Counted from the stretch's first letter, positions 29,760 through 39,986 are shown. The stretch is DNA of 64,000 nt from Candidatus Zestomicrobium tamdykulense (GCA_039889305.1 JAVVFV010000003.1:511-64510); one strand, 5' to 3'. The notes: generated from the sequence alone by a model not told the origin. Translations and numbers: made by a program.

Positions 29760-30956
29760 TTATGAGCTAGTCTTAATTATGGCTCTAGAAGAAACTAGTG
29801 TTGTTACTAATATAGAGGCTAGAGTTGTTGGTAAGCCTCCTAAAGCTATTAAATAACCAGATGTTAAAGCACCTACCATGCTTGAGAACTCAGATACTAT
29901 AGAGTAAGTTGATGGGTTACTAGCTAGTGAAGCTTCTATATATAGAGAATAAAACTTAGCATCTAAAGCTACGTTGAATAAGTAAGTTAATGTTAAAGTA
30001 ATTATTAGTTCATAGCTATGTGTTAGGAGGGAACCCACGAAGAAAGCCATAACCAAGAGCCTAAACATTAACACTGTTACGGCTAGTCTCCTGCTAAAGT
30101 AGCTAGGAAAGAAATACAAAGAAATAGAAGCCGCTATCTTCGCAAGACCGTAAATAGCTAGTACAGACTCACTACTCAATCCTAAGATTCTGAGAAGTAT
30201 GAATGCTAATGGAGTAAAAAAGAAAGAATTACTTAATCTAAAACCAGCAACAGACACCAACACCTCACTAACAGTTAGGGTCTGCCGAGTCTCTAACATA
30301 TGCGAAAGTATTCTTGCTTTAGAAGGAACGTAAAGTGGTTCATAACCTATAGACGAAAGAATACTGACTGATGAAAGCGATAAATTAAGGTTTTTCTCTA
30401 TCCTAAAGAGGTCTCTAGAAAAAGATAATTTGCCAGAGGGCATGAATAGAAATAGAAGAATACCTGTTGCGAGGAAAATAACAGAAAAAACAGTTCTTGA
30501 GTTAATCAGGGATACTAACGAAAATAAGGAAGTCCCGTAAAGAAAAATCCCCTCAAAAAACATAGAAAACTGAAAGAACATTCTGTTGGTGTTATCCCAT
30601 CCCTCGCTCTCCAAGCTATTAAGTATAGTTATTGAGATACTATTCCTAATTAAAGCTACACTAAGTGAGTGAAGTATTTGAGATATAACAAGATAATAGA
30701 AGTTTCCGGGCGTGAATAAGAAAGTGAAAAGCAGTAACGTAGCTAATATAGAGATAATTACTAGAGATCTAGAACCTTTATTCTCAGCTATTCTTGAAGC
30801 AAGCCTTGAAGCTACTATATACACAAAAATCCACAAACTATTAAGTAGCCCTAAAGTAACAGCATCGACTCTGTAATAATTAACAGCTATTAAATCAATA
30901 ACTATGTCAGTAAGCCCTAGAAACGCGACATACATTGATGAGAGCAGTAACCACAC
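29760..30956 (-). CDS. MFS-type transporter (divergent)
   Basis: 398 aa with about 12 hydrophobic segments in a 6+6 arrangement around a hydrophilic central loop. Confidence 0.65.
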   Translation of the reverse strand: MWLLLSSMYVAFLGLTDIVIDLIAVNYYRVDAVTLGLLNSLWIFVYIVASRLASRIAENKGSRSLVIISILATLLLFTFLFTPGNFYYLVISQILHSLSVALIRNSISITILNSLESEGWDNTNRMFFQFSMFFEGIFLYGTSLFSLVSLINSRTVFSVIFLATGILLFLFMPSGKLSFSRDLFRIEKNLNLSLSSVSILSSIGYEPLYVPSKARILSHMLETRQTLTVSEVLVSVAGFRLSNSFFFTPLAFILLRILGLSSESVLAIYGLAKIAASISLYFFPSYFSRRLAVTVLMFRLLVMAFFVGSLLTHSYELIITLTLTYLFNVALDAKFYSLYIEASLASNPSTYSIVSEFSSMVGALTSGYLIALGGLPTTLASILVTTLVSSRAIIKTSS

Positions 30957-31047
30957 TAGTTATTACTCCCCCTTAATAGATCTGGAAATCCCAAACCTTT
31001 TTAAGAGTTTTCCTTGATGAAAATTTCTACTAAACGAATAATGTGAA

Positions 31048-31317
31048 TCAACCGCCTTCGTATAATGGCGGCATTAACGTGACTTTATCGTTATCTTTTA
31101 AGATCTTACTTAATGAAGCTTCCTCATCATTTACGAAGACCTGTATTAGAGGAACAGAACCAGCGAATTCTTTGAAGGATGGTTTCGTAGAACTTAAGAA
31201 CTTAATCAGTTCCTCTACGGTAGTATTATCTGAAGGTACCTCAATAACTTCGGTGTGAAGACCAACTAAATCAGCTAAAAACCCTATATAAGTTACTCTT
31301 ACCTTAACCATATTCAA
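31048..31317 (-). CDS. MoaD/ThiS/SAMP ubiquitin-like sulfur carrier
   Basis: 89-aa beta-grasp pattern (VRVTY, VFVND, LKDNDKVTLMPP) ending in Gly-Gly. Confidence 0.88.
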   Translation of the reverse strand: MNMVKVRVTYIGFLADLVGLHTEVIEVPSDNTTVEELIKFLSSTKPSFKEFAGSVPLIQVFVNDEEASLSKILKDNDKVTLMPPLYEGG

Positions 31318-31506
31318 TCCCTCACTAACAACACGTAACTCTCTACGCGAAAAAGATTATTCTCTAGGTGATTCAGGAAGTTGCTTCCATCACCACCCAG
31401 AACTACTGTGAAAATTAATCCATCACCTAAAACTAAAATAAATCAAAAACTTATAAAACTCACAATACGATATTGCGCTTGAGTTTATATTAATTAGCGG
31501 GTCTTA

Positions 31507-31565
31507 CACGCTCAGTGCTCGAGTCCCCAATCATTCTTCAGCGGAGTTCAACTCATCATAGCATG
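31507..31565 (-). ncRNA. C/D-box methylation guide sRNA
   Basis: On the minus strand: C box ATGATGA (31559-31553), 11-nt guide, D' CTGA (31541-31538), C' AATGATT (31535-31529), 13-nt guide and D CTGA (31515-31512). A 5-bp terminal stem CAUGC/GCGUG closes it. It is intergenic. Confidence 0.88.
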
Positions 31566-31621
31566 AAGTTATTTCTTTTTAAAATTAATATTTGTTAAAG
31601 ATTAAGCTAACTTATGCGGGT

Positions 31622-32950
31622 TTATATTCCGGCTATCTTAACTCCCCTAAACTTCAGGGAGGGTGCTGAGGCCCCATATTCTGTCCTTAGATCTTTTCCT
31701 ACAGCTTCTATGCGGTGTTTAAGTAACTCGTAAATATTCGCAGTGATTACTGCACCTTTAATAGGCTTAATTATCCTTCCTTTACGAATTAGATAAGCGT
31801 GTGTTATAGTAGCGTTTAAGTGACCGCTTACTGGGTTAGAAAGCCATTCACCTATAGTATTCATCACTAATACACCTTCTTTCGTCTCACTAATTAACTC
31901 GTCTAGTAGTGCCTCGCCAGACATTAGGCGTAGGTGATGAGGTTGTGGTGCAGGAACTGTTGAGAATGTTCTTGAAGCATTGCCTGTAGATTCCTTACCT
32001 TCTTTAAAGGCTGTGTAGGTGTCGTAGAGATATGTTTTAAGAATGCCTTTCTCGAAAACAACAGTGTTTCTTGTTGGGTGACCCTCATCATCGAAAGGTT
32101 TAGAACCTAGTGCTTCAGGCGAAGCCCCTAAATCTACTATACTCACGGATTCAGAAACTACTTCCTCTTCTAGTTTCCCACTAAGTGGAGATCTGCCTTG
32201 CTGGACATTCAGAGCTGAAATCGCTGGAGCAATCATAACAGGTAGTATAGAACTCACTACATGATTGAGTAAGATCAGTTCGTAAGTACCGCTTGGAAGT
32301 CCCTCCGCGTTAAGAAATTCCTTGGCTTTACTTCCTGCCTCAAAACCAACATCCCTGGCTCTTAGCTTTCTAAAACTTCTCTGTACATCGTGTTCGTCGT
32401 ACGTTCCCGTCTTACCCCCTTCATCAACTCTAGCATAGACGTAAAGACTTGACACAGTTTCAGCCCTGGTTAGAGGACCTCCATAGCAGTTCATGTAAGT
32501 GATCTCTACAGACCTAGCTGACACAGCACCTCTAACAGGTCTTGCGTTCCAATATCCCTCCTTAACGGAGTCTAGAAGTTCCTTAGCCACATGACTCAAA
32601 TCCTCGGGTGTTGCGTACGCTGTATCTTTATCGAATAGGTTGTCTAATTGAGTTTGTGAAATCTTCTTATTCATGCTAACCCAGCCAGGGTCTGGAGAAC
32701 TAACTCTCGCGATAGATATAGCTGAACTTAAAGTTTTCTCAATACCTTCGTCACTTAGGTCTTGAGTACCCACGAAAGCAACAGACTTGTTAATAGTTAC
32801 TCTTAAACCTAGTGAGGAGAGCTTAGTGGATTTAGAAGCTTCAATAACGTCTGATAAAGTGAGTGAGGTTTCAGAGACTCTCGCTAAGTATACTTCCACC
32901 TCAGAAACTCCTAAACTAATAGCTCTTCTAACTATTTTTTCTAGATCCAT
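31622..32950 (-). CDS. pmbA: PmbA/TldE family protein (pair 1)
   Basis: EVEVY, SPLSGKL...V, PFDDEG.P, LYDTYTA...STGNA. No HExxxH motif. Confidence 0.88.
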   Translation of the reverse strand: MDLEKIVRRAISLGVSEVEVYLARVSETSLTLSDVIEASKSTKLSSLGLRVTINKSVAFVGTQDLSDEGIEKTLSSAISIARVSSPDPGWVSMNKKISQTQLDNLFDKDTAYATPEDLSHVAKELLDSVKEGYWNARPVRGAVSARSVEITYMNCYGGPLTRAETVSSLYVYARVDEGGKTGTYDEHDVQRSFRKLRARDVGFEAGSKAKEFLNAEGLPSGTYELILLNHVVSSILPVMIAPAISALNVQQGRSPLSGKLEEEVVSESVSIVDLGASPEALGSKPFDDEGHPTRNTVVFEKGILKTYLYDTYTAFKEGKESTGNASRTFSTVPAPQPHHLRLMSGEALLDELISETKEGVLVMNTIGEWLSNPVSGHLNATITHAYLIRKGRIIKPIKGAVITANIYELLKHRIEAVGKDLRTEYGASAPSLKFRGVKIAGI

Positions 32951-32952
32951 AA

Positions 32953-34341
32953 TTAATCACCACCCACTATTAGCTCCTTAACAAGGATATGAGGTCCTCC
33001 ATCACCTACCCTCACCATTTGAAAGTCTTTACCGCATCCCCCGAAAACTGACGTAGTTATTCTTAAGACTTTACCTACAGCCTCTACACCTCTCAAAGTA
33101 TCAAGTATAGAACCAGACACAACGACTCCTCTTACAAGTCCTCCTAACTCACCATTCCTTATGATTCTTGAAGGTCCTGCTGAGAAAGTGAAAGTGCCTG
33201 CACCAGTATCTACCTGACCTCCACTACTTCCTCTACCAACTAGGTATAAGCCCTCCTTAACTTCTCTAATCATTTCCTCAAGACTCCAGTCACCTGGCAT
33301 CATGAAGAAGTTTGTTTGTCTTACTATAGGTATGTGTGAGAAGTCTTGAGCCCTTCCGTTACCTGATACTGGTAGGTTGAGTCGTGCTGCACTTTCTCTG
33401 TTGGTTAGGAAAGACTTAAGCAATCCCTTCTCAACTACTACGGTCCTTGTCTTGAAGCTGCCTTCATCATCAAATGGAACATAATAACCTCCATCAACAA
33501 CCCCGTCATCGACTATGGTTACTAATGGTGAAGCTACTTCCTCGCCGAGTCTGTTCTTGAGTATTGAGGTACCTGAAGCTACTAAGTCACCTTCTGTTGC
33601 GTGCCCGAAAGCTTCGTGAAGTATTAACCCAACCATCTCAGGATCAGCAATAACTTTCATTTTCCCTGCGGGTGGTAATGGGGCTTTAACTGCTTCTTTA
33701 GCAAGTTTACTGACTTCTCGAGTGAATTCTTCCCAGTCTTTCTTCTCAGCGAACTCCCATCCTGCTACTGAGGATTCTTGGTTAGAAACTCTCTCCATAG
33801 AACCTGACTCAACAGCAACACTAAGGTGTGCTACTCCGATCAGGTAGGACTCATACTCTAGCTCTGCACCATCAGTACTTACCACATATCTCCAGTCATG
33901 CTGAATACCAAGCCTACTCACAGAAGATTTTATTCCTTCAATACTTAATCCTGCCTTATTAGCTCTACTTACTAACTCTCTTTTTGTTTCGTCCGAGACG
34001 TCTTCCGGTCTAATTTTCCATGAGGATGCATACCTGCCCCTCTCAGGCTTTCTCTCACCCAGAGTTCCTACCTTCTTAGAAACACGTGCTGCTGTGATAG
34101 CTCTAGAAACAGTCTCCCTAATACTGTCTCTACTTAACTCGTTAGTAGAGGAAAAACCAAAACTACCGTTGTAGAGAACCCTAATACCTAGTCCTGCCCT
34201 GTAAGTTTTCGAGAACTCTCTTAAAACACCATTATCGACAGTAACTAACTCGTACGAGATTAACTGCGTCCTAACTTCAGCGTATGAAGCTCCTAGAACC
34301 TCAGCTATTCTCAACGCTTCCAGAGCTACATCCTTTAACAC
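32953..34341 (-). CDS. tldD: TldD family metalloprotease (pair 1)
   Basis: LHEAFGH..EGD, FDDEG, GNGRA, RQTN and the C-terminal CGKD...VG.GGPH. Confidence 0.92.
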   Translation of the reverse strand: MLKDVALEALRIAEVLGASYAEVRTQLISYELVTVDNGVLREFSKTYRAGLGIRVLYNGSFGFSSTNELSRDSIRETVSRAITAARVSKKVGTLGERKPERGRYASSWKIRPEDVSDETKRELVSRANKAGLSIEGIKSSVSRLGIQHDWRYVVSTDGAELEYESYLIGVAHLSVAVESGSMERVSNQESSVAGWEFAEKKDWEEFTREVSKLAKEAVKAPLPPAGKMKVIADPEMVGLILHEAFGHATEGDLVASGTSILKNRLGEEVASPLVTIVDDGVVDGGYYVPFDDEGSFKTRTVVVEKGLLKSFLTNRESAARLNLPVSGNGRAQDFSHIPIVRQTNFFMMPGDWSLEEMIREVKEGLYLVGRGSSGGQVDTGAGTFTFSAGPSRIIRNGELGGLVRGVVVSGSILDTLRGVEAVGKVLRITTSVFGGCGKDFQMVRVGDGGPHILVKELIVGGD

Positions 34342-34399
34342 TAATTACACCATAAAAACTATTTGCTTAACTCAAATAAATTTAATTTTAGTGTAAAAA

Positions 34400-34855
34400 T
34401 TATATAGAGAAACCATAATTATTAACGTACACGTAGTATGCCACAACACCTAAGACAAGAAATATTGTGTTAACCGCGTTACTACTAGACCTAAACAATC
34501 TGAGAGCTACTGGTGTCTTGATGATTGGGTATAAAGGTTTGAAAGGCATCTTAGTTAGTAAATCACATAGTAGATGATTAATGAAAGCAATCAAAAACGA
34601 AAAAGTTACTACTCTAAAGCTGAAACCTAGGTAGCTTGCTAGGTAGCCAGCTGCTAGAGAGATTATTAAGCCGAAAAAGATATTGTGAGTTATTTTCCTG
34701 TGTGGTAATTCAAGCCTTAAATCTATGTCTGGTAGGGAAGAAAGAACTGACGATATGATCAGGATTCTGTTGATCTCTACTCCCGATAAGCCTGTCAAGT
34801 AGAAGAGAGTTGATGTGATAAGAAGATTAAAACCTAAGTGACCTCTCCAATCCAA
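34400..34855 (-). CDS. Membrane-bound metal-dependent hydrolase (YdjM/DUF457-like)
   Basis: GHLG, SSLPDID, HRKITHN and NHLLCD..T motifs, with TM segments. Confidence 0.85.
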   Translation of the reverse strand: MDWRGHLGFNLLITSTLFYLTGLSGVEINRILIISSVLSSLPDIDLRLELPHRKITHNIFFGLIISLAAGYLASYLGFSFRVVTFSFLIAFINHLLCDLLTKMPFKPLYPIIKTPVALRLFRSSSNAVNTIFLVLGVVAYYVYVNNYGFSI

Positions 34856-34858
34856 TCC

Positions 34859-35212
34859 TTATACCTCACCTTCTCGGTATTCGGGAAAGGAAGGAACTAG
34901 CTCACCTCTCAAATACTTCTCAAGCCCTTCTTTGATAGTACCCTTAAACCCCTGAATAACTTCAATACCTAGAACCAGTAAATACGCTTTGTTGAAGTCA
35001 TCAATTAAATCACAGATTACTATGTTCCCACCCTTCCTTCTTACTACGGACGCAGGAGACTCGTACTCCTTTAAGTAAACGTAGCTTGACTCATTAATAC
35101 TTCCCTCATCAGCAACCTCAACAAAGACTAAATAACGTGCTTCTTTGAAGCTCTCACTAACCAATGATTGCAGACCTTCATACCTACTAACCGGGAATAC
35201 TATCCTCAACAA
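34859..35212 (-). CDS. NifB/NifX (FeMo-cofactor biosynthesis-like) domain protein, divergent
   Basis: RIVFP...EGL.S.VS..F..A.Y.VFVEV, V.C and GIEVIQG pattern. Confidence 0.65.
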   Translation of the reverse strand: MLRIVFPVSRYEGLQSLVSESFKEARYLVFVEVADEGSINESSYVYLKEYESPASVVRRKGGNIVICDLIDDFNKAYLLVLGIEVIQGFKGTIKEGLEKYLRGELVPSFPEYREGEV

Positions 35213-35315
35213 TTCTCTTAACCTCTAATATAGGTGTGAGGTAGTAAATTTTAATTTAAACTACCATATAATAGGTGTTTTTAATTTCTTACTCCCTACA
35301 TGCTTAGGGATGTAA

Positions 35316-36104
35316 GTGAAGATATTGGTGTCAAATGATGATGGGTATTTAAGTCCTGGACTCTATATCCTTGCTGAGTCTGTTAAGGATTTAGGTGAGG
35401 TAGTCATAACGTCTACAGAGTTTCCTAGATCAGCTACTGGTCGAGAAATAACTTTTAATAGACCGCTCCGCTTATCAAAGAAGAAGTGGCTCAACTGGTA
35501 TGTTTACGTGAGTGATGGAACACCTATAGATTCGCTTCACTTAGTTATTGAGGTACTTAAGTTCAAGCCTGATCTGGTTTTATCAGGTATTAACGTTGGT
35601 GATAATTTATCACTTCAACACATATTCTATAGTGGTACTGTAGCTATAGCTATTGAAGCAGCGCTTATAGGTATACCCGCTATAGCTTTCTCATCAGACG
35701 TGGAAAGTTTCGAAGACTTTGAGCAAGAAGCTTTCAAGAAGACGAGCACAGTAATAGCTAGAAAGATAGCTGAGTACGTTGCTAGGAAGGGACTACCTAT
35801 AGGTGTAGACATCTTATCAATCAATATCCCGGTTAAATTCAGGAACTGTATACACGTAGCAAAAGCTACTAAGATTAGGTGGGAAGCCTCATACAAGAAA
35901 AGCATTGACCCGAAAGGCAGAGAATACTACTGGCTATCAGGCATAAGAAGTGTTGTAGAACCTGAAAGTGATGTAAGCTTATTTGAAGAAGGTTGCGTCA
36001 CAATAACTCCCCTAAAAATAAATCTAAACGTAGATCAGGAAACCCTAGAAAAACTAAGTGAACTCAAAAACTTATTCGAGAGATTAGACACTAGTGAGCA
36101 CTGA
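35316..36104 (+). CDS. surE: 5'/3'-nucleotidase SurE
   Basis: ILVSNDDG, GTP.D, LSGINVGDN, YSGTV..AIE and DP.GREYYW. Confidence 0.95.
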   Translation: MKILVSNDDGYLSPGLYILAESVKDLGEVVITSTEFPRSATGREITFNRPLRLSKKKWLNWYVYVSDGTPIDSLHLVIEVLKFKPDLVLSGINVGDNLSLQHIFYSGTVAIAIEAALIGIPAIAFSSDVESFEDFEQEAFKKTSTVIARKIAEYVARKGLPIGVDILSINIPVKFRNCIHVAKATKIRWEASYKKSIDPKGREYYWLSGIRSVVEPESDVSLFEEGCVTITPLKINLNVDQETLEKLSELKNLFERLDTSEH

Positions 36105-36171
36105 AGACCTGCAGTGTAGTGAGTTACGTTAAATATTTAGGTTAGTCACTATAGTAATATGGGTTTCATAA

Positions 36172-37071
36172 ATGTTTAGAGGAATAATAACCCCGATGAT
36201 AACGCCCTTCGGTAAGAACTACAAGATAGATTACACGGCTGTTGAATGGTTAATTAATCACTTAATTAGGGGTGGCGTAAACGGTGTTTTCCCAAACTCA
36301 ACTACAGGGGAATCAGCTAGTCTTTCGTTAGAGGAGAAGAAAGAGTTAATAAAGAAAGTAGTTGAGTTAGTTGATGGGAGGGTTAAGGTTCTGCCAGGTA
36401 TTGGCGGTAACACCACGTTAGAGGTCGTAGAGCTTGGTAGGTTTGCTAAAGACTTGGGTGCTGATGGTGGCATAGTAATAACGCCTTACTTCTTTAAGCC
36501 AACACCGGAAGAACTCAAAAAACATTATGGGAAGGTTGCTGAATCACTAGATTTTCCTCTCTTCATATACCACTTCCCAGCATTAACTGGGGTTTCCCTC
36601 CCGGTACAGGTAGTTAAGGAGCTAGTTCGCGAGTACAGCAATTTAGTAGGGATTAAGATAACTCATGATAGCCTTACCTACCTCAAACAAATAATATGGG
36701 AAGTCAAGGAAGTTAGGAAAGACTTCTCAGTGTTTTCAGGCCTAGATCAGTATCTCTTAATTAATTTAATGATTGGTGGTGACGGGGGTGTTGTAGCGTT
36801 ATCTAACTTAGCTCCCAAGCTACATAAGAGTATTTACGATGCTTGGGTTTCGGGAGATATAGTTAAATCGTATAGCCTCTACCTGAAGCTCCTGAAACTT
36901 TCTAAACTAATAGAGTCAGGAACCTCAACTATAGCTGCAGTTAAGGCATCACTCTCAATAGTGGGAGCACCTATAGAACCTGTCCTCAGACCACCATTAA
37001 GTGAGGAGAAAGCAGAGTTTATGATGCTTGCGAAAGAATTATTAAATGAGTTCATTAACTATATTTTTTAA
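36172..37071 (+). CDS. DapA/dihydrodipicolinate synthase family class I aldolase
   Basis: GIITPMITPF, STTGE, PYFFKP, IYHFP and Schiff-base lysine GIKITHDS. Substrate is unresolved. Confidence 0.88.
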   Translation: MFRGIITPMITPFGKNYKIDYTAVEWLINHLIRGGVNGVFPNSTTGESASLSLEEKKELIKKVVELVDGRVKVLPGIGGNTTLEVVELGRFAKDLGADGGIVITPYFFKPTPEELKKHYGKVAESLDFPLFIYHFPALTGVSLPVQVVKELVREYSNLVGIKITHDSLTYLKQIIWEVKEVRKDFSVFSGLDQYLLINLMIGGDGGVVALSNLAPKLHKSIYDAWVSGDIVKSYSLYLKLLKLSKLIESGTSTIAAVKASLSIVGAPIEPVLRPPLSEEKAEFMMLAKELLNEFINYIF

Positions 37072-37093
37072 GACAGTCCTCCGAATTACTTAC

Positions 37094-38020
37094 TTAAGTC
37101 TTGACTTTCCTAACATAGAGCTCGTTGTCCGAGATTGTTAGTTCTATGAAGTCTTCGTTAACTAGCCACGCTATATAAGACTTAAGAGCTGAAACAATCA
37201 AAAGATAGTTAATTGTTGTTTGAGGAACTAAAGCTAAGTCTTTAAAAACACGCTTAATTAACTCGTTTAAGGAGAGCACACCATCAGCATTCCTTGAAAT
37301 CACGTTCTTTATATTGATTATTGTTTTAATATTATTACTTACTAATTGCTGAGCCTCTTCACTCTTAAGTATTTTCCCGTGTGAAGGAACTACTACCTCA
37401 TAATTTTTCAGTATATCAACATTAAGTTTCTCGAGAGTCTTTAAAGCTTCTTGGACGTTAAAGTGGTAGGGAACTACATACTTCCTTATAACTTCATCAG
37501 GAAAGAATGCGTCAGCAGAGAATAACACATTACCAATACCTACACCTATCATCCCGATACTGTGACCTGGTAATTCCTCAATCCTCAAAAAATATTCTTT
37601 AATTAACTTACTCACATCATCGACTGGAACCCCCTCAGCTTCGATTAAGTGCTTCCTCAAGATTTCTGGCGGGTATGCTCCATAAAGATATATTACCTCA
37701 GTTAAAGGTAACTCAATGAAAGGTTTCTCAAGAACTGATGAGTAGAAAACTACGTTACTCCTCTCTAGAATTATTTTATTACCGCCTATGTGGTCGGCAT
37801 GAGAATGCGTATTTATTACAGCTCTGATCTTCAAACCCATATCTTTAAGTATATTGAATAATTTTCTTCCATGATCTCTACTAACCCCAGTATCAACTAC
37901 GAGGCATTCTCTACCCTCAGTCGTGATTACACCTATGTTAGTACGTCCTTCTAAAACATACACATTCCCAGAAACTCTGGTAAGACTCATAAGCATGCTA
38001 CCACTTAATATTGTGGGCAT
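37094..38020 (-). CDS. Metallo-beta-lactamase fold hydrolase
   Basis: THSHADHIGG, LPGHS.G, SAD and PSHG. Confidence 0.9.
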   Translation of the reverse strand: MPTILSGSMLMSLTRVSGNVYVLEGRTNIGVITTEGRECLVVDTGVSRDHGRKLFNILKDMGLKIRAVINTHSHADHIGGNKIILERSNVVFYSSVLEKPFIELPLTEVIYLYGAYPPEILRKHLIEAEGVPVDDVSKLIKEYFLRIEELPGHSIGMIGVGIGNVLFSADAFFPDEVIRKYVVPYHFNVQEALKTLEKLNVDILKNYEVVVPSHGKILKSEEAQQLVSNNIKTIINIKNVISRNADGVLSLNELIKRVFKDLALVPQTTINYLLIVSALKSYIAWLVNEDFIELTISDNELYVRKVKT

Positions 38021-38124
38021 AGAGCTATAAAATAGAGCATTAGAATGTAAAGAAAAATTCTGTATGTAGGTTGTATGAGTCTTGAGTAATTAAAGCACGC
38101 GAAAATTTTTATTTAAAAAAGAAT

Positions 38125-39501
38125 TTAGCAGGTTGTGTTGCTTAAGTACGTGTTAATATCGTTCAATAAGTTGTTGAGTCTAGCTCTGAGCATGTACATT
38201 GTTTGAGGAACGGCATCTAGTAATTCCTCAACGAATGCTTTCATAGCTTCCAGTATGTTTAGGTATGTCTGGCAAGGTATTCTCCCTCTATTGTACAAAG
38301 TATTTAAGATGATTAACGACTCACCAAGAATTCTTATTCTCAACTCAAGCTTGGTTGAAGACGCTATGTAGGTTCCGATCATTCTTCGTACACGCTCTCT
38401 GACACGTTCTCTAATTCTCCAAATCATCTCTTTAACTTCCTCTAACTCACTTAATTTCCACTTAGCTAAACTCTTTAGCTGCTCGAAGAGAGGCTGCACC
38501 TCTTCTAACGCGTTGGAAAGTATTAGGAGAGCTGTATCTGGATCATTATTTTCTAGAGCAGTTCTAGCATCATCAACACTATTCTTCAGTATTGTGGCGA
38601 TCTCCTCACTCAGGTCTAGGATCTGAGAATATGTTGTGTTATCGCTTACGTAAGGTCTTAAACGCTCAATCAAGACCAGTATGACTTCTGCTTTCCTAGA
38701 AGCTGCGTTGAAGTGTTCTATCGCGTTCTCGTAGTCTGATGCTTCTATAGCTTCAGCCGATTCATTAACTATGTGTATCAATGCGTTAACTTGACCTACC
38801 AAGGATACTAAAACTTTCTCAGTGCATACCACAATAACCCACTTAGCTCTTAATTCTATCCTTAGTGCTTTATTAACGTTCTTAATAATAGTATTAATCT
38901 CTTTAATGATCTCCTTAGCTATCGTTACATTGCCTTCAGCGAGTGCTTGCTTACCTTCCTCAATTAATTCGAAGGCTCTAGATATGTTGCTCAGTATCCA
39001 TTCAGGAACTTCTACACCTCTATTAATCAACCACTCTATCGTAGCGTTTAACGATAGCAAAATTCTTTCTCTTACACGGAACTGAGCCTCAGTTCTTCTT
39101 ACAGCGAAGTCGTCCTTAACTGTTGGAGGTAGGTTCTGAATCACGTAAACATATACTGGGATTACTAGTCTAGATGCCTGAAGTACCTTACTTAAAGCTT
39201 CGGTTAGGTTAGTGTTTTTGAGTTCTTTCGCCTCATTTACTAGATTCTCTACTTCCTCAATTAGTGATGTCATGTTATCATCTAGAAATATATTGTAGGC
39301 CTCAACGAAACTCCTGATTCTACTTATTAGTAACTCAACCCTAGATATCAAGACTTCTACAGCGTGTTCAGAGCCTCTACGAGTTTCCCCAATTGTTTGC
39401 GGGATTTGAGCATTTACTATCGTTGAGAAGGCTGGAATAACTGAAGCTCCGATAGCTACTAACAGAACGAGAGCCAAGAGCTTATTCCTACTAGTATTCA
39501 T
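38125..39501 (-). CDS. Exported alpha-helical (coiled-coil/helical bundle) protein of unknown function
   Basis: Signal peptide (MNTSRNKLLALVLLVAIGA...VNA), then a long amphipathic heptad-rich sequence with N-x-S/T sequons. Confidence 0.7.
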   Translation of the reverse strand: MNTSRNKLLALVLLVAIGASVIPAFSTIVNAQIPQTIGETRRGSEHAVEVLISRVELLISRIRSFVEAYNIFLDDNMTSLIEEVENLVNEAKELKNTNLTEALSKVLQASRLVIPVYVYVIQNLPPTVKDDFAVRRTEAQFRVRERILLSLNATIEWLINRGVEVPEWILSNISRAFELIEEGKQALAEGNVTIAKEIIKEINTIIKNVNKALRIELRAKWVIVVCTEKVLVSLVGQVNALIHIVNESAEAIEASDYENAIEHFNAASRKAEVILVLIERLRPYVSDNTTYSQILDLSEEIATILKNSVDDARTALENNDPDTALLILSNALEEVQPLFEQLKSLAKWKLSELEEVKEMIWRIRERVRERVRRMIGTYIASSTKLELRIRILGESLIILNTLYNRGRIPCQTYLNILEAMKAFVEELLDAVPQTMYMLRARLNNLLNDINTYLSNTTC

Positions 39502-39587
39502 TCGGTCTCACCTCACTAAAGTTCTCTACGGTATTTAATATTAGTAATACTGTGAAACACTACTGCAACGCGTTGCAACGCACGGTT

Positions 39588-39866
39588 CTAACTCTTAGAA
39601 CTCCTTAACTCACTAATCCTTTCTTCTATCTTCTTTATTCGCTGGCGGAGGAGACTCAAGAGTTCCTCAAGATATTTTATCTCTTCTTCACTTGAAGGCT
39701 CAGGTATTTTGGGAGCTAACCACCTCCAGTAACAACCCCTGAAAATCCATTCTGATTTTTCGTAAAGAAATTCCTGAACCGGGATAAGAGTTTTGGGCCA
39801 ATAACTATATTTTCTCCAACTCAAAACATTCACCTCTAAAACATTTATTGAAGCATCCTGAACCAC
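39588..39866 (-). CDS. Small protein with a C-terminal coiled coil, possibly a divergent DUF5320-like protein
   Basis: EWIFRGCYWRW followed by EEEIKYLEELLSLLRQRIKKIEERISEL. The start is uncertain. Confidence 0.5.
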   Translation of the reverse strand: MVQDASINVLEVNVLSWRKYSYWPKTLIPVQEFLYEKSEWIFRGCYWRWLAPKIPEPSSEEEIKYLEELLSLLRQRIKKIEERISELRSSKS

Positions 39867-39986
39867 ACACTGCTGACAGAGACCCCTACTTCTGTATTAT
39901 TGGTGTTCTTTTTATATGTTACAGTTGTTACAGTACTGATTAGGTAACGTATTGCTTTAAAAAATACCCGCAACAAGTATATATAG

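Noticed and set aside
31315-31435. Minus-strand frame reading VVLGGDGSNFL (NAD kinase-like GGDG) ending in a TTGA overlap with the Ubl gene
   Set aside because: No canonical start after the upstream stop, only about 40 codons, and the motif is too short to be significant.
34859-35212. NifX-like gene as evidence of nitrogen fixation
   Set aside because: The domain is widespread in non-diazotrophs, its motifs are degenerate and no nif genes are present.
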